DNA from: a virus
DNA length: 64,000 nucleotides
Virus record (IMG/VR): IMGVR_UViG_3300023273_000426
Location: 1-64,000 of that record
Reading direction: 5' to 3' (one strand)
In this document: positions 26,644-36,986 of the stretch, piece by piece
Position numbering within the stretch: the stretch's first letter is position 1
How the letters are laid out: each line of letters starts with the position of its first letter
The notes under the pieces: generated by a model
The model's input: the letters and a program-made list of their open reading frames with translations, nothing else
Told to the model about the DNA's origin: nothing
Database searches by the model: none
Translations under genes and position numbers: made by a program

Positions 26644-28224
26644 TCAATAACTGCTACTAACAAAGATCGGCATTGGCATTTCATAATCCTCATCTGCTTC
26701 AATCTGATTAAATGTTTCGTACACTGTCGGATCCCAATCTTTCATCACACTCATAATTCTTAATGTTAATAATAAACTACTGACTAGATCGTCGTGGTGT
26801 CCGGGCTTTGCCTGAAAACTACTACCGGATGCAATAAATGCTTTTAGTTCACTAATCAAGGCTTTACTGTTTACAGTGAGTTTGTCATTCTCGACCATTG
26901 TTTTAAGTCTAGCACATGCTGTTGTTTTGCTGCTGTGTGTAGTGTTAAATCCTTTACGAAACTTTCTTACGTGTCCTTTTTTCATAGGCTCACTTATAAA
27001 CAACCCCGGTATGTTTTCTTCGCCAAAGTCATTAATAACAAGCAAACATGCTTCACCTATGCCGTTATTTTCTACACTCCAATATATGTTGTTAGTAGCT
27101 CTTGTTTCGCTCTCGATATATTTGCATACATCAGCAAGTACTCTAACTTGTCCTGGTATAGCAGTAAGATTGTGTTGCCACTCTCCAACTTGTTCATATC
27201 CAGGAAGTTCAATGATTTGTATTGCAGCATAATCTCCACCGGTGCCCATGCTAGGATCAAGTGCTACTACATAAGATTTTTTTGGACTAGGTTTTTTATA
27301 CCAACGCACTTGCCCCATATTAATGATAGGATTACACCCTGTCATTGTTGCTAGTTTAATGCTATGAATAAGAGTTTCATCAAAGATTAAAAACTCACAA
27401 CCGTATTCACGTCTAAACTTTTCCTCGCCGATCCGTCCTATTTCTTCTTTTTTCCACTTTTCGTCTCTGTCTGGATGTTCGTGCCACTCGGCAATAAAAC
27501 TGTGAAATCCGTTTATTCCTACATCTTGTTCGTTGCCATATTCGTCAAACTTTTGTTCTGCTTGTTTCCAAATAGTAGCAAACGTATCTTCGTCACTGTT
27601 AGGAGTGCTAGTAATAATAGCTCTACCACCTGTTGCCAGTGTAGGTGATATCGAAGTCCAAAACTCTTCAGCAATGTTAGGTTGTACGAATGCAAACTCG
27701 TCACAGTATAGCAGCGAGATACTCATACCACGTCCTGTATTACCTGTAGTTGTTTGACTTACAATACGACTTCCGTTTTCAAACTCTATACTACCTTTGT
27801 TGTAACTTGTAACACCTGCTCTAATATGATCTGGACAAGTTTCATACACAAAGCGTATGCGTGACATAATCTCTTGCGCACCTGTATACTTGTGAGCAGC
27901 AACAAGAATAGTTTGATCTGGATTAAACATAGCATACCATGCTAAGTAAATAGCAGCACATGTTGTCTTACCAGTTTGTCTTGGCATCATATTAATATTA
28001 AATCGATAGTTATGATAACTGTGCATTAATCCTAATTGATATTCATAAGGATCAAAGATTAATTTACCCAGTTTTGGATGCTGAATATACGCAAACTTGC
28101 GGGCAAAATGTAAATATCCTGTATCCGGATCCATGCAAGCTAGTAAGTCTGCAATTTGCTCTTCAGTAAATGTTTCTTTTCTATTCGCCTTTTTGATTAA
28201 GACGCCGTCTAATGATGCTGCCAT
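26644..28224 (-). CDS. Terminase large subunit (T4 gp17-like)
   Basis: PYEYQ, MPRQTGKTT, GRGMS, YCDEFAF, TSTPN, FRREY, LDPSMGTGGDY, VENN and HDDLV. Start ATG 28224. Confidence 0.95.
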   Translation of the reverse strand: MAASLDGVLIKKANRKETFTEEQIADLLACMDPDTGYLHFARKFAYIQHPKLGKLIFDPYEYQLGLMHSYHNYRFNINMMPRQTGKTTCAAIYLAWYAMFNPDQTILVAAHKYTGAQEIMSRIRFVYETCPDHIRAGVTSYNKGSIEFENGSRIVSQTTTGNTGRGMSISLLYCDEFAFVQPNIAEEFWTSISPTLATGGRAIITSTPNSDEDTFATIWKQAEQKFDEYGNEQDVGINGFHSFIAEWHEHPDRDEKWKKEEIGRIGEEKFRREYGCEFLIFDETLIHSIKLATMTGCNPIINMGQVRWYKKPSPKKSYVVALDPSMGTGGDYAAIQIIELPGYEQVGEWQHNLTAIPGQVRVLADVCKYIESETRATNNIYWSVENNGIGEACLLVINDFGEENIPGLFISEPMKKGHVRKFRKGFNTTHSSKTTACARLKTMVENDKLTVNSKALISELKAFIASGSSFQAKPGHHDDLVSSLLLTLRIMSVMKDWDPTVYETFNQIEADEDYEMPMPIFVSSSY

Positions 28225-28237
28225 ATAATATTTATTC

Positions 28238-28264
28238 AAAAAAATAGCGCCCGAAGGCGCTATT
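28238..28264 (-). terminator. Intrinsic terminator with a cUUCGg tetraloop
   Basis: AATAGCGCC-TTCG-GGCGCTATT followed by TTTTT on the minus strand. Confidence 0.9.
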
Positions 28265-28283
28265 GAGTTGGGGGAATATTTTG

Positions 28284-29141
28284 TTAATCTTCAGCTTTTG
28301 CTTTTTTCATTAGCATTTGTACAATCTCTTTATTCAACGCTGACTTCTTGATAACGTCTGCCATGTTGTTAGCAGCAAACCCACTGCCGCCAAACTCAGC
28401 TAATACTTCGCCAAGTCTTGAAAGTGCATTTGACATCATTAAACTAGTATCATCAGTTCCTTTCATGTTTGAACTCATGTCCATCATTTTGCGTCCAAGA
28501 TTGTTGATGTCTTTGTGCTTGTTTTCAAAGTTGCTAGGCACATCATATTCTGCTACTTCTTCATCTTCATCTTCGCCGTCACGTTGTGCAATAGCTTGAC
28601 TCATTGGTTCTGTTTTGTTGCCGTCTTTGTCTAAATCAGGAAAGTCTGGTTTTGTACCTTTTGATGCTTGTTTTTCAGCAAGTGCTTTTGTAAGCATTGC
28701 ATGAATACTTTCTCTGGTATTCATTGGATTATCACCGCCTGCTGTTGCTGGATATGATCCTTTTTCTTTGTGTAAATCGTCGCCGCTTGGAATCATGTCA
28801 CTTACATCGCCTGCATTTGATCTCATATATTCATCATCAGGTTCTGTAGTAGCATCGCCAAAGTCGCCATCATAATCTTCTTCTTCACTTGAAATCATTT
28901 TGATAGTATCTGACATAGATGGTTCTTCAGGTCCTTTCGATCCGCATCCGCCCATTGGCTGACTTGGTCCGTGCATTTTACCACATATCGGACATACGCC
29001 GTCATCTTGGTTAATATCGGTATCGTCGACTACTTTAGCATCTGCTCCTGCTAGTTGCATAATACGCATTAGTTCAGAAACTTCTGCTGCACTTTCGCCA
29101 TTTACACTAATATTCATATTAGCTTCGTTTACTTTTTTCAT
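28284..29141 (-). CDS. Acidic low-complexity hypothetical protein, probable internal head/scaffold-type protein
   Basis: RIMQLAG motif, CPICGKMH, DLDKDGNKTE (DxDxDG); lies between the terminase subunits. Confidence 0.6.
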   Translation of the reverse strand: MKKVNEANMNISVNGESAAEVSELMRIMQLAGADAKVVDDTDINQDDGVCPICGKMHGPSQPMGGCGSKGPEEPSMSDTIKMISSEEEDYDGDFGDATTEPDDEYMRSNAGDVSDMIPSGDDLHKEKGSYPATAGGDNPMNTRESIHAMLTKALAEKQASKGTKPDFPDLDKDGNKTEPMSQAIAQRDGEDEDEEVAEYDVPSNFENKHKDINNLGRKMMDMSSNMKGTDDTSLMMSNALSRLGEVLAEFGGSGFAANNMADVIKKSALNKEIVQMLMKKAKAED

Positions 29142-29142
29142 A

Positions 29143-29625
29143 TTAGTCTCCTGACTGTTCTTTACGAGCTGTCTCTAATTCTTTTAGTAGGTTCATTACT
29201 CTATCTTCACCAACTGATTCTTGTGCGCTTTCGCCTCCTAGTTCTTCAACTGTTAGCTTTGCAACGTATACGTCAGATGAAGTTTCTTCTTGATATAACT
29301 CTTGCGGCTCATTTGGATTACGTACAATAATATGACTTTGTTTAACACCGCAACATTGTCCAATGTACTCTTGAAGCACTTGTACTGTTGTTGGGTATGT
29401 ACAACTTATTTCAAAGTATGTAGCTTCGCAATTTTCTAACTGTGGAAAATCTAATGGGCGCTCTTGTATCGGTGTTTTCTTACCAGCTGCAATCTGAGAG
29501 CATCCGTATTTTTGTAAACTGGTTTCAAGCATATCTTCAAAGTTTTCAGGTAGCTCACCAGCTACACCAATCTTAAATTCATATGTTTTTTTACTTTCAG
29601 TTAAATAATCAGCAAAGTTTTTCAT
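29143..29625 (-). CDS. Hypothetical protein with a T4-type capsid-targeting-sequence-like N-terminus
   Basis: Begins MKNFADYLTE; late-type motif and SD upstream. Confidence 0.6.
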   Translation of the reverse strand: MKNFADYLTESKKTYEFKIGVAGELPENFEDMLETSLQKYGCSQIAAGKKTPIQERPLDFPQLENCEATYFEISCTYPTTVQVLQEYIGQCCGVKQSHIIVRNPNEPQELYQEETSSDVYVAKLTVEELGGESAQESVGEDRVMNLLKELETARKEQSGD

Positions 29626-29647
29626 TATTGTATCCTACATTATGTTA

Positions 29648-30133
29648 CTATTTATCATTCTTCATGTCTTTTAACTTCTCTAAAAGACTATTACGATCTG
29701 AAACAACATAACCTTCACCGTTGACTATGCCGCCTTCGCCTCCTGGATTAGTGTCTCTGTCCATTTTTTCTTTTTTAAGTTGCAAGTCGATCATTTTTAG
29801 TTTCTTATCCATTTTTGCGACTTTAGCATCTAAACTTGTTTTCAACATTCCGCCAGCAACTTCAAATACTCTACTTGCATAACGACTTTCGACATTCATA
29901 CCTAAGTCCATTAAATCATCATATGCTTCTAATGCACGTGATGCAATGTCTTCAAGTTCGTCATCTGCTTTTTGTCCAAGACCTTTTACAGCTGGTAATG
30001 CACTTGCAATCTTGTCAAACTCTGCTATATCGCGAAAAGTATCCTCTTGCTGAACAACAGCTTGCTTTTGTGCTTCTTGTTTGATATCTTCGTTGTCTGG
30101 AAGATTCAACATTTCCTCAAGTTTTTTTGTCAT
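29648..30133 (-). CDS. Probable terminase small subunit (gp16-like)
   Basis: Helical DDLMDLGMNVESRYASRVFEVAGGMLKTSLDAK...DRNSLL pattern, near gp17. Confidence 0.65.
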   Translation of the reverse strand: MTKKLEEMLNLPDNEDIKQEAQKQAVVQQEDTFRDIAEFDKIASALPAVKGLGQKADDELEDIASRALEAYDDLMDLGMNVESRYASRVFEVAGGMLKTSLDAKVAKMDKKLKMIDLQLKKEKMDRDTNPGGEGGIVNGEGYVVSDRNSLLEKLKDMKNDK

Positions 30134-30165
30134 AATAGTTTTCCATTATATGCTACTATTATTTA

Positions 30166-30726
30166 TCAAACAGTCGGTTGATAATTAAAATATTCTATTT
30201 CGTCGGCAAATCTATTAGATACTAGTTTAATAAACTCAGCAGTCATAAAGTCTTTTTTATTATATATTCCTACATGCACATTTCTTTCTAAAGGAATATA
30301 ACAGTTAGACCATTTTTGTATTTTTTTAAAATCAGTGGATAATGTTTCATTTGAAAAAATATGTTCTACATCTTTTATATATTTTAATTGAGAGGTAACT
30401 CCGTTCATATTATTATCTAGACTATATTCAAGATAATATATTATTCCTTTGTTCCAAACTTCGAGCATTTTATTATAGTAATCAACTTTATAATTTTTTC
30501 TCAAACGTTGATCGCATTTAACTTTTTGAAAAACATACAAACTTATCAATCGATTAAACGTATTTCTTGTTATTGTAAAACTAGTGTCATACTGTTCTTG
30601 AATACTATCTAAAAACAAATGATCATTTCGAATAAATTGAAAACTAGAGTCTTTTAAATTTTTATACCACCATCTATAAACACTTGCTCCGCCAGTTTTA
30701 GGAATATGTACAAAAGCTACTTTCAT
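30166..30726 (-). CDS. Sulfotransferase family protein (Sulfotransfer_2-like)
   Basis: FVHIPKTGGASV (5'-PSB), RNTFNRLISLY (3'-PB) and C-terminal FADEIEYFNY. Confidence 0.85.
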   Translation of the reverse strand: MKVAFVHIPKTGGASVYRWWYKNLKDSSFQFIRNDHLFLDSIQEQYDTSFTITRNTFNRLISLYVFQKVKCDQRLRKNYKVDYYNKMLEVWNKGIIYYLEYSLDNNMNGVTSQLKYIKDVEHIFSNETLSTDFKKIQKWSNCYIPLERNVHVGIYNKKDFMTAEFIKLVSNRFADEIEYFNYQPTV

Positions 30727-31160
30727 TTTCTCTTACCTTGATGGAAAATATCTCCTTCGTTGACAACTCTAAATATCATTCCTTTTTGTTTACAATACGC
30801 TTTAGCGGCGCCCCACTTGGCTTGATTGACTACATAATGCAACTTGTTTACTTTACTATTTCCTAGTTGCTCTTTGAATGTATGATTTGCTGGTTTAACT
30901 TCAATAATTTCAACATGTTGTTTGCCTGTACGATCATTGTATACTAAAAAGAAGTCTGGAACATATATAGTATATTTTCCACTCAGTGGATTTCTATAAG
31001 GAATACGAACTGCTTCACTTGCCCACTTTGTTATATTTTCATTTGTATCACACATACGCATAAAAGCAAACTCCCAACTACTTCTATAAGTAGGAGTTCT
31101 ACCGCCTATGTATTTTTCAGGGTTTTTTAATGTATACTTGCCTTGTGCAAAACGTGACAT
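30723..31160 (-). CDS. Head completion nuclease (T4 gp4-like, TnsA-N fold)
   Basis: KNPEKY, YRSSWE, WASE, IPY, YVPDF, IEVKP, NQAKW and FRVVNE. Confidence 0.9.
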   Translation of the reverse strand: MSRFAQGKYTLKNPEKYIGGRTPTYRSSWEFAFMRMCDTNENITKWASEAVRIPYRNPLSGKYTIYVPDFFLVYNDRTGKQHVEIIEVKPANHTFKEQLGNSKVNKLHYVVNQAKWGAAKAYCKQKGMIFRVVNEGDIFHQGKRK

Positions 31161-31534
31161 TATAATATAACATTTCTATTTTCGTATGTTACAACTTGAT
31201 AATCACTTGTGTAGCCGAGAGCACTTACTTTGCTTCTATTGTTATTTAAAATAGCAGCTACTAGCTGACTGAGTTTTACTTCGTCTAATCCTTTTAAACT
31301 ATCCAACAATTCAAATATATTTTTATTTTCAGATTTGGCTTGTTGTAACAGTACTGTAGTTATAGCAATAGCTGCACTTTCTTCAAACTTTCTTTTTTTA
31401 AAAAATCCCAACACACTATCAACTTCATTACTTGTGATCGATATTGATTTTGAAAAGTATCTATCAAAAAATGATTTTACTTCTGTTGCACTGTCCGTTG
31501 ATTTATTAATACTTTTATCAGTTATACTACTCAT
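31160..31534 (-). CDS. Hypothetical protein
   Basis: 124-aa ORF in the structural operon. Confidence 0.7.
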   Translation of the reverse strand: MSSITDKSINKSTDSATEVKSFFDRYFSKSISITSNEVDSVLGFFKKRKFEESAAIAITTVLLQQAKSENKNIFELLDSLKGLDEVKLSQLVAAILNNNRSKVSALGYTSDYQVVTYENRNVIL

Positions 31535-32818
31535 TTAACCACCTATAATATCTTCAAGAATACTAGTAAATGCTGCACCTTGTAATGTTGGATCTACTCT
31601 GTAGTTATCAACAACTGCTTGTTGCAGTTGAGATTGCTGAACTGTGTTTAAGTTATCAAACAACTGTCCATTATCATTAAAAGAGTTTGCCGATCCTTGT
31701 GCTATTGCATAGTTTCGAAGTGCATTTCTAGCCAAGTCTCTTTGTTTAATAGTGCTAGTTCTCAACTCTCTCTCAGATATTTTTGGTTCTAACGCTGCAT
31801 CAAGAAATGCTGTAGTTATAGCTGTTTGAGTTGAGTTTGTTGGAAAAAATGCATTGTTGTTGAACGGAACTCTATTATTTGTTGTAACTGGAGTAGTTGA
31901 AAATGTTGATCTTAGATTGCGTTGTTGTTCGCTATTAAAATCAGTTATTCCTATTGCTTCTAAAAATATATCAGTGAATACTTTTTTCCAACCTTCGTCT
32001 ACTCCGGTTGTTTTGTTATCCGTTGACTCTGTACTAGTACTACTATATGGACTAGGTGATCTATCATAGTGTGCATTGTCTGCAAACCCTGCTGGCTCAT
32101 CTAATCCTGTATATCCTCTATCATACAGTACAGTTTCATAATCAACACGCATGGTGTTTTTCATTACGCCTGACCCATCTGATTGATCTACTCTATCATG
32201 TTGCCATTCTCCTATGAGAGGATTCACAAGTGTAAAACTAGTAAAATGACTATCAGTGTTTTGATGATGAAGTTGGTGTATAGTTATGCTGTTAAAAAAT
32301 GGATATGTTTTGCCTGCTCTGTTAAAACCATGTCTATAAGTATTTTGAGGCTCACTATCGTATAAGCCAGTTTGATATGCACGTGGACGAGTTCCTTGAT
32401 CGGCATAGTTGCCGTCTTCATAATAATATCTATAATAGGCTTCCCATAGCAGTGTTGTTAGACCTGCTGCATCGTCATGAAATTCAATATTAACAGGATT
32501 GTAGTTTATTCTTGTTTGAACTACTTTTTTTCTATTGTATTGATTCATAGTTTCTGTATTAATAGTATATGTTGGCAAGTCAGCAGCTGATGCTAGTATA
32601 TTAAACTCACGTTTGTTTAATAAGTTGCTAACATTGTTACCAAGTGATTGTAACGCTATTGGGTTTACATCTATTACAACATGATATAGGAATTTAACTT
32701 TAGGCGATAATCTAAAGTTATTGCGTCGATACAAGTTTGCAGCATGAGTAAAATCACCCATTATACCTTTGTTGGTATCAAAATTGCTAAAGTTATCAAA
32801 GTTTCTATTTAACGGCAT
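31535..32818 (-). CDS. Tail-tube-fold baseplate/tube initiator protein (gp48/gp54-like)
   Basis: ADLPTYTINTETMNQYNRK...YNPVNIEFHDD...LVNPLI...MRVDYE; next to the tube gene. Confidence 0.6.
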   Translation of the reverse strand: MPLNRNFDNFSNFDTNKGIMGDFTHAANLYRRNNFRLSPKVKFLYHVVIDVNPIALQSLGNNVSNLLNKREFNILASAADLPTYTINTETMNQYNRKKVVQTRINYNPVNIEFHDDAAGLTTLLWEAYYRYYYEDGNYADQGTRPRAYQTGLYDSEPQNTYRHGFNRAGKTYPFFNSITIHQLHHQNTDSHFTSFTLVNPLIGEWQHDRVDQSDGSGVMKNTMRVDYETVLYDRGYTGLDEPAGFADNAHYDRSPSPYSSTSTESTDNKTTGVDEGWKKVFTDIFLEAIGITDFNSEQQRNLRSTFSTTPVTTNNRVPFNNNAFFPTNSTQTAITTAFLDAALEPKISERELRTSTIKQRDLARNALRNYAIAQGSANSFNDNGQLFDNLNTVQQSQLQQAVVDNYRVDPTLQGAAFTSILEDIIGG

Positions 32819-32857
32819 AAAGTATTTATCTTATATTTAAACAGCGCACATAACAAA

Positions 32858-32880
32858 TAAGGAGCCCAATGGGCTCCTTA
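32858..32880 (-). terminator. Intrinsic terminator after the tail tube gene
   Basis: TAAGGAGCCC-ATT-GGGCTCCTTA followed by TTTGTT on the minus strand. Confidence 0.8.
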
Positions 32881-32906
32881 GAAGTCAAGCAATCTCTTAA
32901 ATGTTA

Positions 32907-33545
32907 TTAAAGAGCGGCAGCGCCTGTGGCACCTGTGCCTGTTTCAGTATTTCGATCTTGGAAGTTGTTAGGCGTTCCAACACCTACATTAAGTTGTACA
33001 GCGTTGTCGTATTGAATATTAAGAGCTACTGTCATTGCATCATTTGCTGAGTAACTCATTGATCCGTAGTCAACACTTGTTAAATAGCAACCATACAGTT
33101 CCCAAGTTTCAAGTACAGCTGGAGTATTGGCGCCGTTGCCGCCGTCTAGTACTTCAATGCGTTGTGTAAACTTGTAGTCTTGTCCTGTAGCAGCACTAGA
33201 CTGTTCAAAGAAATCAAACTGTTTCTGTAGTTGCTCGCCTACTGAACGTTGTACGTTTCCGTTAACATCGTCACGTAAATTCATTGTAACTGCTTGCCAT
33301 TCGTGCTTGCCAGCCATATAAATTTTACTATTGTACACATCAATCGGTATTTGTTGGAATGATATGTTTGGACGGGTTGCATCAATAACCTGTTTTGTTA
33401 ATTCAGTTGTGTTGCCGGTAATACCGAAGTTTTCCAATGTTACACGGAAACGGTATTGTAGTTTCGGCATTAGCAGACCCTGACTGCTTGCACTAGTATC
33501 GTTTGCTAACGGTACTGTTAAATTTAATAGAGTTGAGATTGCCAT
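32907..33545 (-). CDS. Tail tube protein (gp19-like)
   Basis: PKLQYRFRV, RPNISF, YMAGKHEW, LRDD, WELYGCY and IQYDNA; directly after the sheath gene. Confidence 0.88.
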   Translation of the reverse strand: MAISTLLNLTVPLANDTSASSQGLLMPKLQYRFRVTLENFGITGNTTELTKQVIDATRPNISFQQIPIDVYNSKIYMAGKHEWQAVTMNLRDDVNGNVQRSVGEQLQKQFDFFEQSSAATGQDYKFTQRIEVLDGGNGANTPAVLETWELYGCYLTSVDYGSMSYSANDAMTVALNIQYDNAVQLNVGVGTPNNFQDRNTETGTGATGAAAL

Positions 33546-33579
33546 CTATGTTTCTCCTTATCACATGTATTTATCATTT

Positions 33580-33605
33580 GTAGGGGGATTTTATTTTCCC
33601 CCTAC
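33580..33605 (-). terminator. Hairpin or terminator between the sheath and tube genes
   Basis: GTAGGGGGA-8 nt-TCCCCCTAC inverted repeat with a weak U-tract. Confidence 0.6.
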
Positions 33606-33614
33606 TTTAATGAC

Positions 33615-36600
33615 TTATAACCCTGCGATTTCTCCTGTGTTTTTGATACGCAACGGTATGTAGATAAACTCTACTGCTTTGACTGGTTCAATAGCAATAT
33701 CTACGTACAACTCGTTTCTATCAATTCTCGCTGGTGTGTTGTTTGATTCGTCACACACAACTAAGAAGTCATATAGAGCTCTTAGTCCCACTAGTTCAAC
33801 CATTAAACTTTCTACCTGTGCTTTGATTTCATCACGTGTGATTTTATCATTTGGTTCAAATAGATATGGTTTTGTTAACTGATTCAACTGACTACGTAAG
33901 TACACTACAAGTCTTGCAACGTTGACTCTATCAAGAGCACTTGCATTTCTTGCACGAGTTTTTTGTCCAAATACAACTAGCCCAGCACCTGTTAAGAATG
34001 TGATAGGGTTGACGTTGTTTTGATACAATGTATCTCGTTGTCCTTCGTTTAGTGCTGATGCAACAAACTCGCCTTCGCCGTTGATGTAACCTGTTGAAGT
34101 TGCATTTGTAACTCCACCACGTCTTGTACCTGCTGGTGCAAACCATGGATACGCAACTTGGTCATTTAGTGCGAAAGTACGTAGTACCATATGACTTGAC
34201 GGAACAACTACATTGTTGCCTGCATTATCACTAGTAAATCCACTTGGGTAATAAACACCCATGTACTCATCTCTACTTACAAGTCCGTTATCATTATCTT
34301 CAACAACTGTATTAACGTTGGTTGCCCATTCGTTAAGAGAAGTTGCATCTGGTGTTAAACGGAAAGGTGAATCACCGATAACAAATGCTGTTAGGCCTCT
34401 GTCATAGTTTAGTGTAATCATTTCTCCGATTAGCTCTGGATAACCTGGTGTTGCCATTAAGTTAAAGATGCGTGATTCGTTGTCGCGAATGTCCTGGTTT
34501 TCGTTTAGCATTGCTTGTAGTTTTTGTACTACAACTTTACGCTGTGCCTTACGTCCAAAACTACCTGAGCCATCTGCTTCATTAGCTGATTCAGTAACCC
34601 AACGATGCGGATAATATGCTGACATTGACTCGTCACCAAAACGTTCATTGTCTGCTGCTAAGTCTACATAGTTACGCTCAAAACGCTTAACATTAAAGCC
34701 ACTTCTACGTAGATTCCAAAGTATCATGCCTTTTGGATATAGTGCTGGATCTGGACAATCTACATCTACAAAGTTACTAGTAATCAGATTAGCAATAGTA
34801 CCTGCTGTACTACTGTTTGCACCTGCTGTGTTGTAACGTGCATCTGCAAATAGTACACCATTTTCAGTTGTTTGATCTGTTGTATCTAGTTCAACCCAAC
34901 TGTTTAGTGTATTGTTCCAACGATAGATTCTTGGAAAGTTTTCAAGATCTGCTGTACTAATCCAAATATCGCCTGTTACAAGATTGCCACCGTCTGAACG
35001 ATCTCCGTCTACTGGTTCACTTGCAGCAACAATCGGACCTTCTGGGTCTGGAGCATTTGCAGGTGTAGCATCGTAATATGGTGAATCGCTGTTTAAGTAT
35101 CCAACCCATTTATCGCCATCATGTACCATGATATCAACTTCGTCAACTACACTGTTATACCATAATGCGCCGTCTGCTGCAAGAGCAGTTGGAGCATCAT
35201 TACTTGCTGTATAAGTTAGTTCTTTCCAAAGTGTCGCAATGTATGCGTTTGACAATCCAGTTGGCGAATCGTAAAAGTTTGCAGTTCCTGATTTTGTTGA
35301 GTAGTTCCAAGCAGTAAATGCATCTGTTAATGGAGTATTTGCACCATCTACAAATCTAATGTCGCCGCCGATTGCATGTGTTATTACAACTCTGTTGCTT
35401 GAATCGACACTAGCAGTAACATTAACTAATCCTGCCGCGTTAATAGCTGCTGCCATTAAATCTGCATCTGATGTTGCACCTGTTGCAGTGAATGCAATAT
35501 TTACTACTGTACTTAATGTTGCACTTCCTTTTACAGTCTCTTGAATAGTAAAATCGTTGCCGCCTGATGTAAATGTAGTACTATCAACTACACTACTAGT
35601 AATAGTTGTTGCACCTGTAGCATTACGCTTGTAAAGAGTGAAGTTGGCTAGATTTGTTGCACTTTCTGTAACATTTGCCATTGCATAAACATTAAGCGAT
35701 GTTAGATTTGCACCACCACCTGTTTTATCTAATCCAACTAGTGCTGCCGAGTTTGAAGTATATATTGGTGTGCTTACTGCATCCCATAGTTCAGTTGAAC
35801 CATTCCATACTTTTGTTTTCCAATCTGCGCCACTGTTTGGTGTAGTTGTTTTAACCCATACACTTCCTGTTGGACGAGATACAGAGTCTGCTGTTTTCCA
35901 TTCTGGAACGCTTGTGTGAGCTGTTGCTTGATGTGCTGGAGGATAATATGTTCCAGCAGCAATACCTGCATCAGTTAGTGGTGTTCCTGTACCGTTACCA
36001 AGAACAATGTTTGAATGTGTTGCGCCAGTATTTTTAAATACTAATCTATTATCTACTGCCTCTGCTGTGATTCCAACTGCACCCAGTGCTATATTAATAT
36101 CACTTACAGCTGAAGCAAGGCTAGTTCCTGTTAACGTAACTGTTACACTAAGACCTTCTGCAGATCCAATAGTGATAGTATCATTTACTGTAAATGTTGG
36201 AGTACCTGCTGTACCGGTTACTGAAGGCCAACTGCCTTTCCAATCTGCACTACCAACCTGTACCCAAGTACCTGAAGTATTTTTATACCATGTGCGGATA
36301 ATAGTTGAAACTGCTACAACTGCGTAGTCGCCAATTGCGCCAACTGCACCTTTTGGAGCAAACGGAGATGATCCTGTAGTTTGTGTTGTATCAGTAATAA
36401 CAGTTGGTGTTTTGTTAGTAAATGTTTGACCAACTTTGTTAGTTGCTGATTCAGCACTGCCGTTCCATTCAAAAACACCAAACTTTGTTACTTGAGTATC
36501 TAACCAGTAAGTTCCATTTGCCGGGTTTGCAGTTGTTGGCGTTGAACTAGCTGATATTGCTGTAAGGTCAATATCTGCTCTTACTACATACGCTCTGTTG

Positions 36601-36911
36601 CTTACGCCTAAATATGAATATGCTGCCTGTAACCCGTATTCATTTTGTTCTCCGCCATGAATAGGATTGTTGTTAGCATCTGTATAAAATGTAGGATCAC
36701 CAAACGTATCTACTAGATCTCGCTGCGATGTTAGTAGGTATGGTTTACCTGCATTGGCTTTTTGAGTTCCTGGTGCAACACCAGTTCCTGCGCCGTTTAG
36801 TTTATTTTCGCCTGTTGCGACAAATATTATAGGTACTGTGCCCGGTTCTGCTGGAGTGTAAAAACTCTCATCAATAACGCTGACCTCTACACCTGGTGAA
36901 GTTAATGCCAT
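33615..36911 (-). CDS. Contractile tail sheath protein (gp18-like, enlarged)
   Basis: MALTSPGVEV, FGDP, WFAPAGTRRG, RDTLYQNNVNPI, GQKT, DRVNVARL, FEPND and PVKAVEFIY. Confidence 0.95.
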   Translation of the reverse strand: MALTSPGVEVSVIDESFYTPAEPGTVPIIFVATGENKLNGAGTGVAPGTQKANAGKPYLLTSQRDLVDTFGDPTFYTDANNNPIHGGEQNEYGLQAAYSYLGVSNRAYVVRADIDLTAISASSTPTTANPANGTYWLDTQVTKFGVFEWNGSAESATNKVGQTFTNKTPTVITDTTQTTGSSPFAPKGAVGAIGDYAVVAVSTIIRTWYKNTSGTWVQVGSADWKGSWPSVTGTAGTPTFTVNDTITIGSAEGLSVTVTLTGTSLASAVSDINIALGAVGITAEAVDNRLVFKNTGATHSNIVLGNGTGTPLTDAGIAAGTYYPPAHQATAHTSVPEWKTADSVSRPTGSVWVKTTTPNSGADWKTKVWNGSTELWDAVSTPIYTSNSAALVGLDKTGGGANLTSLNVYAMANVTESATNLANFTLYKRNATGATTITSSVVDSTTFTSGGNDFTIQETVKGSATLSTVVNIAFTATGATSDADLMAAAINAAGLVNVTASVDSSNRVVITHAIGGDIRFVDGANTPLTDAFTAWNYSTKSGTANFYDSPTGLSNAYIATLWKELTYTASNDAPTALAADGALWYNSVVDEVDIMVHDGDKWVGYLNSDSPYYDATPANAPDPEGPIVAASEPVDGDRSDGGNLVTGDIWISTADLENFPRIYRWNNTLNSWVELDTTDQTTENGVLFADARYNTAGANSSTAGTIANLITSNFVDVDCPDPALYPKGMILWNLRRSGFNVKRFERNYVDLAADNERFGDESMSAYYPHRWVTESANEADGSGSFGRKAQRKVVVQKLQAMLNENQDIRDNESRIFNLMATPGYPELIGEMITLNYDRGLTAFVIGDSPFRLTPDATSLNEWATNVNTVVEDNDNGLVSRDEYMGVYYPSGFTSDNAGNNVVVPSSHMVLRTFALNDQVAYPWFAPAGTRRGGVTNATSTGYINGEGEFVASALNEGQRDTLYQNNVNPITFLTGAGLVVFGQKTRARNASALDRVNVARLVVYLRSQLNQLTKPYLFEPNDKITRDEIKAQVESLMVELVGLRALYDFLVVCDESNNTPARIDRNELYVDIAIEPVKAVEFIYIPLRIKNTGEIAGL

Positions 36912-36986
36912 TTTAAATTTCTCCTGTAAAGTGTTTCACTTACAACTATTTAGCAGATCGCCGGAGAAAAAGGCGGTTTTTAGGGG

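Noticed and set aside
30723-31160. TnsA-like nuclease as a Tn7 transposase
   Set aside because: The motifs and position match T4 gp4 head-completion protein. No tnsB/tnsC or transposon ends are present.
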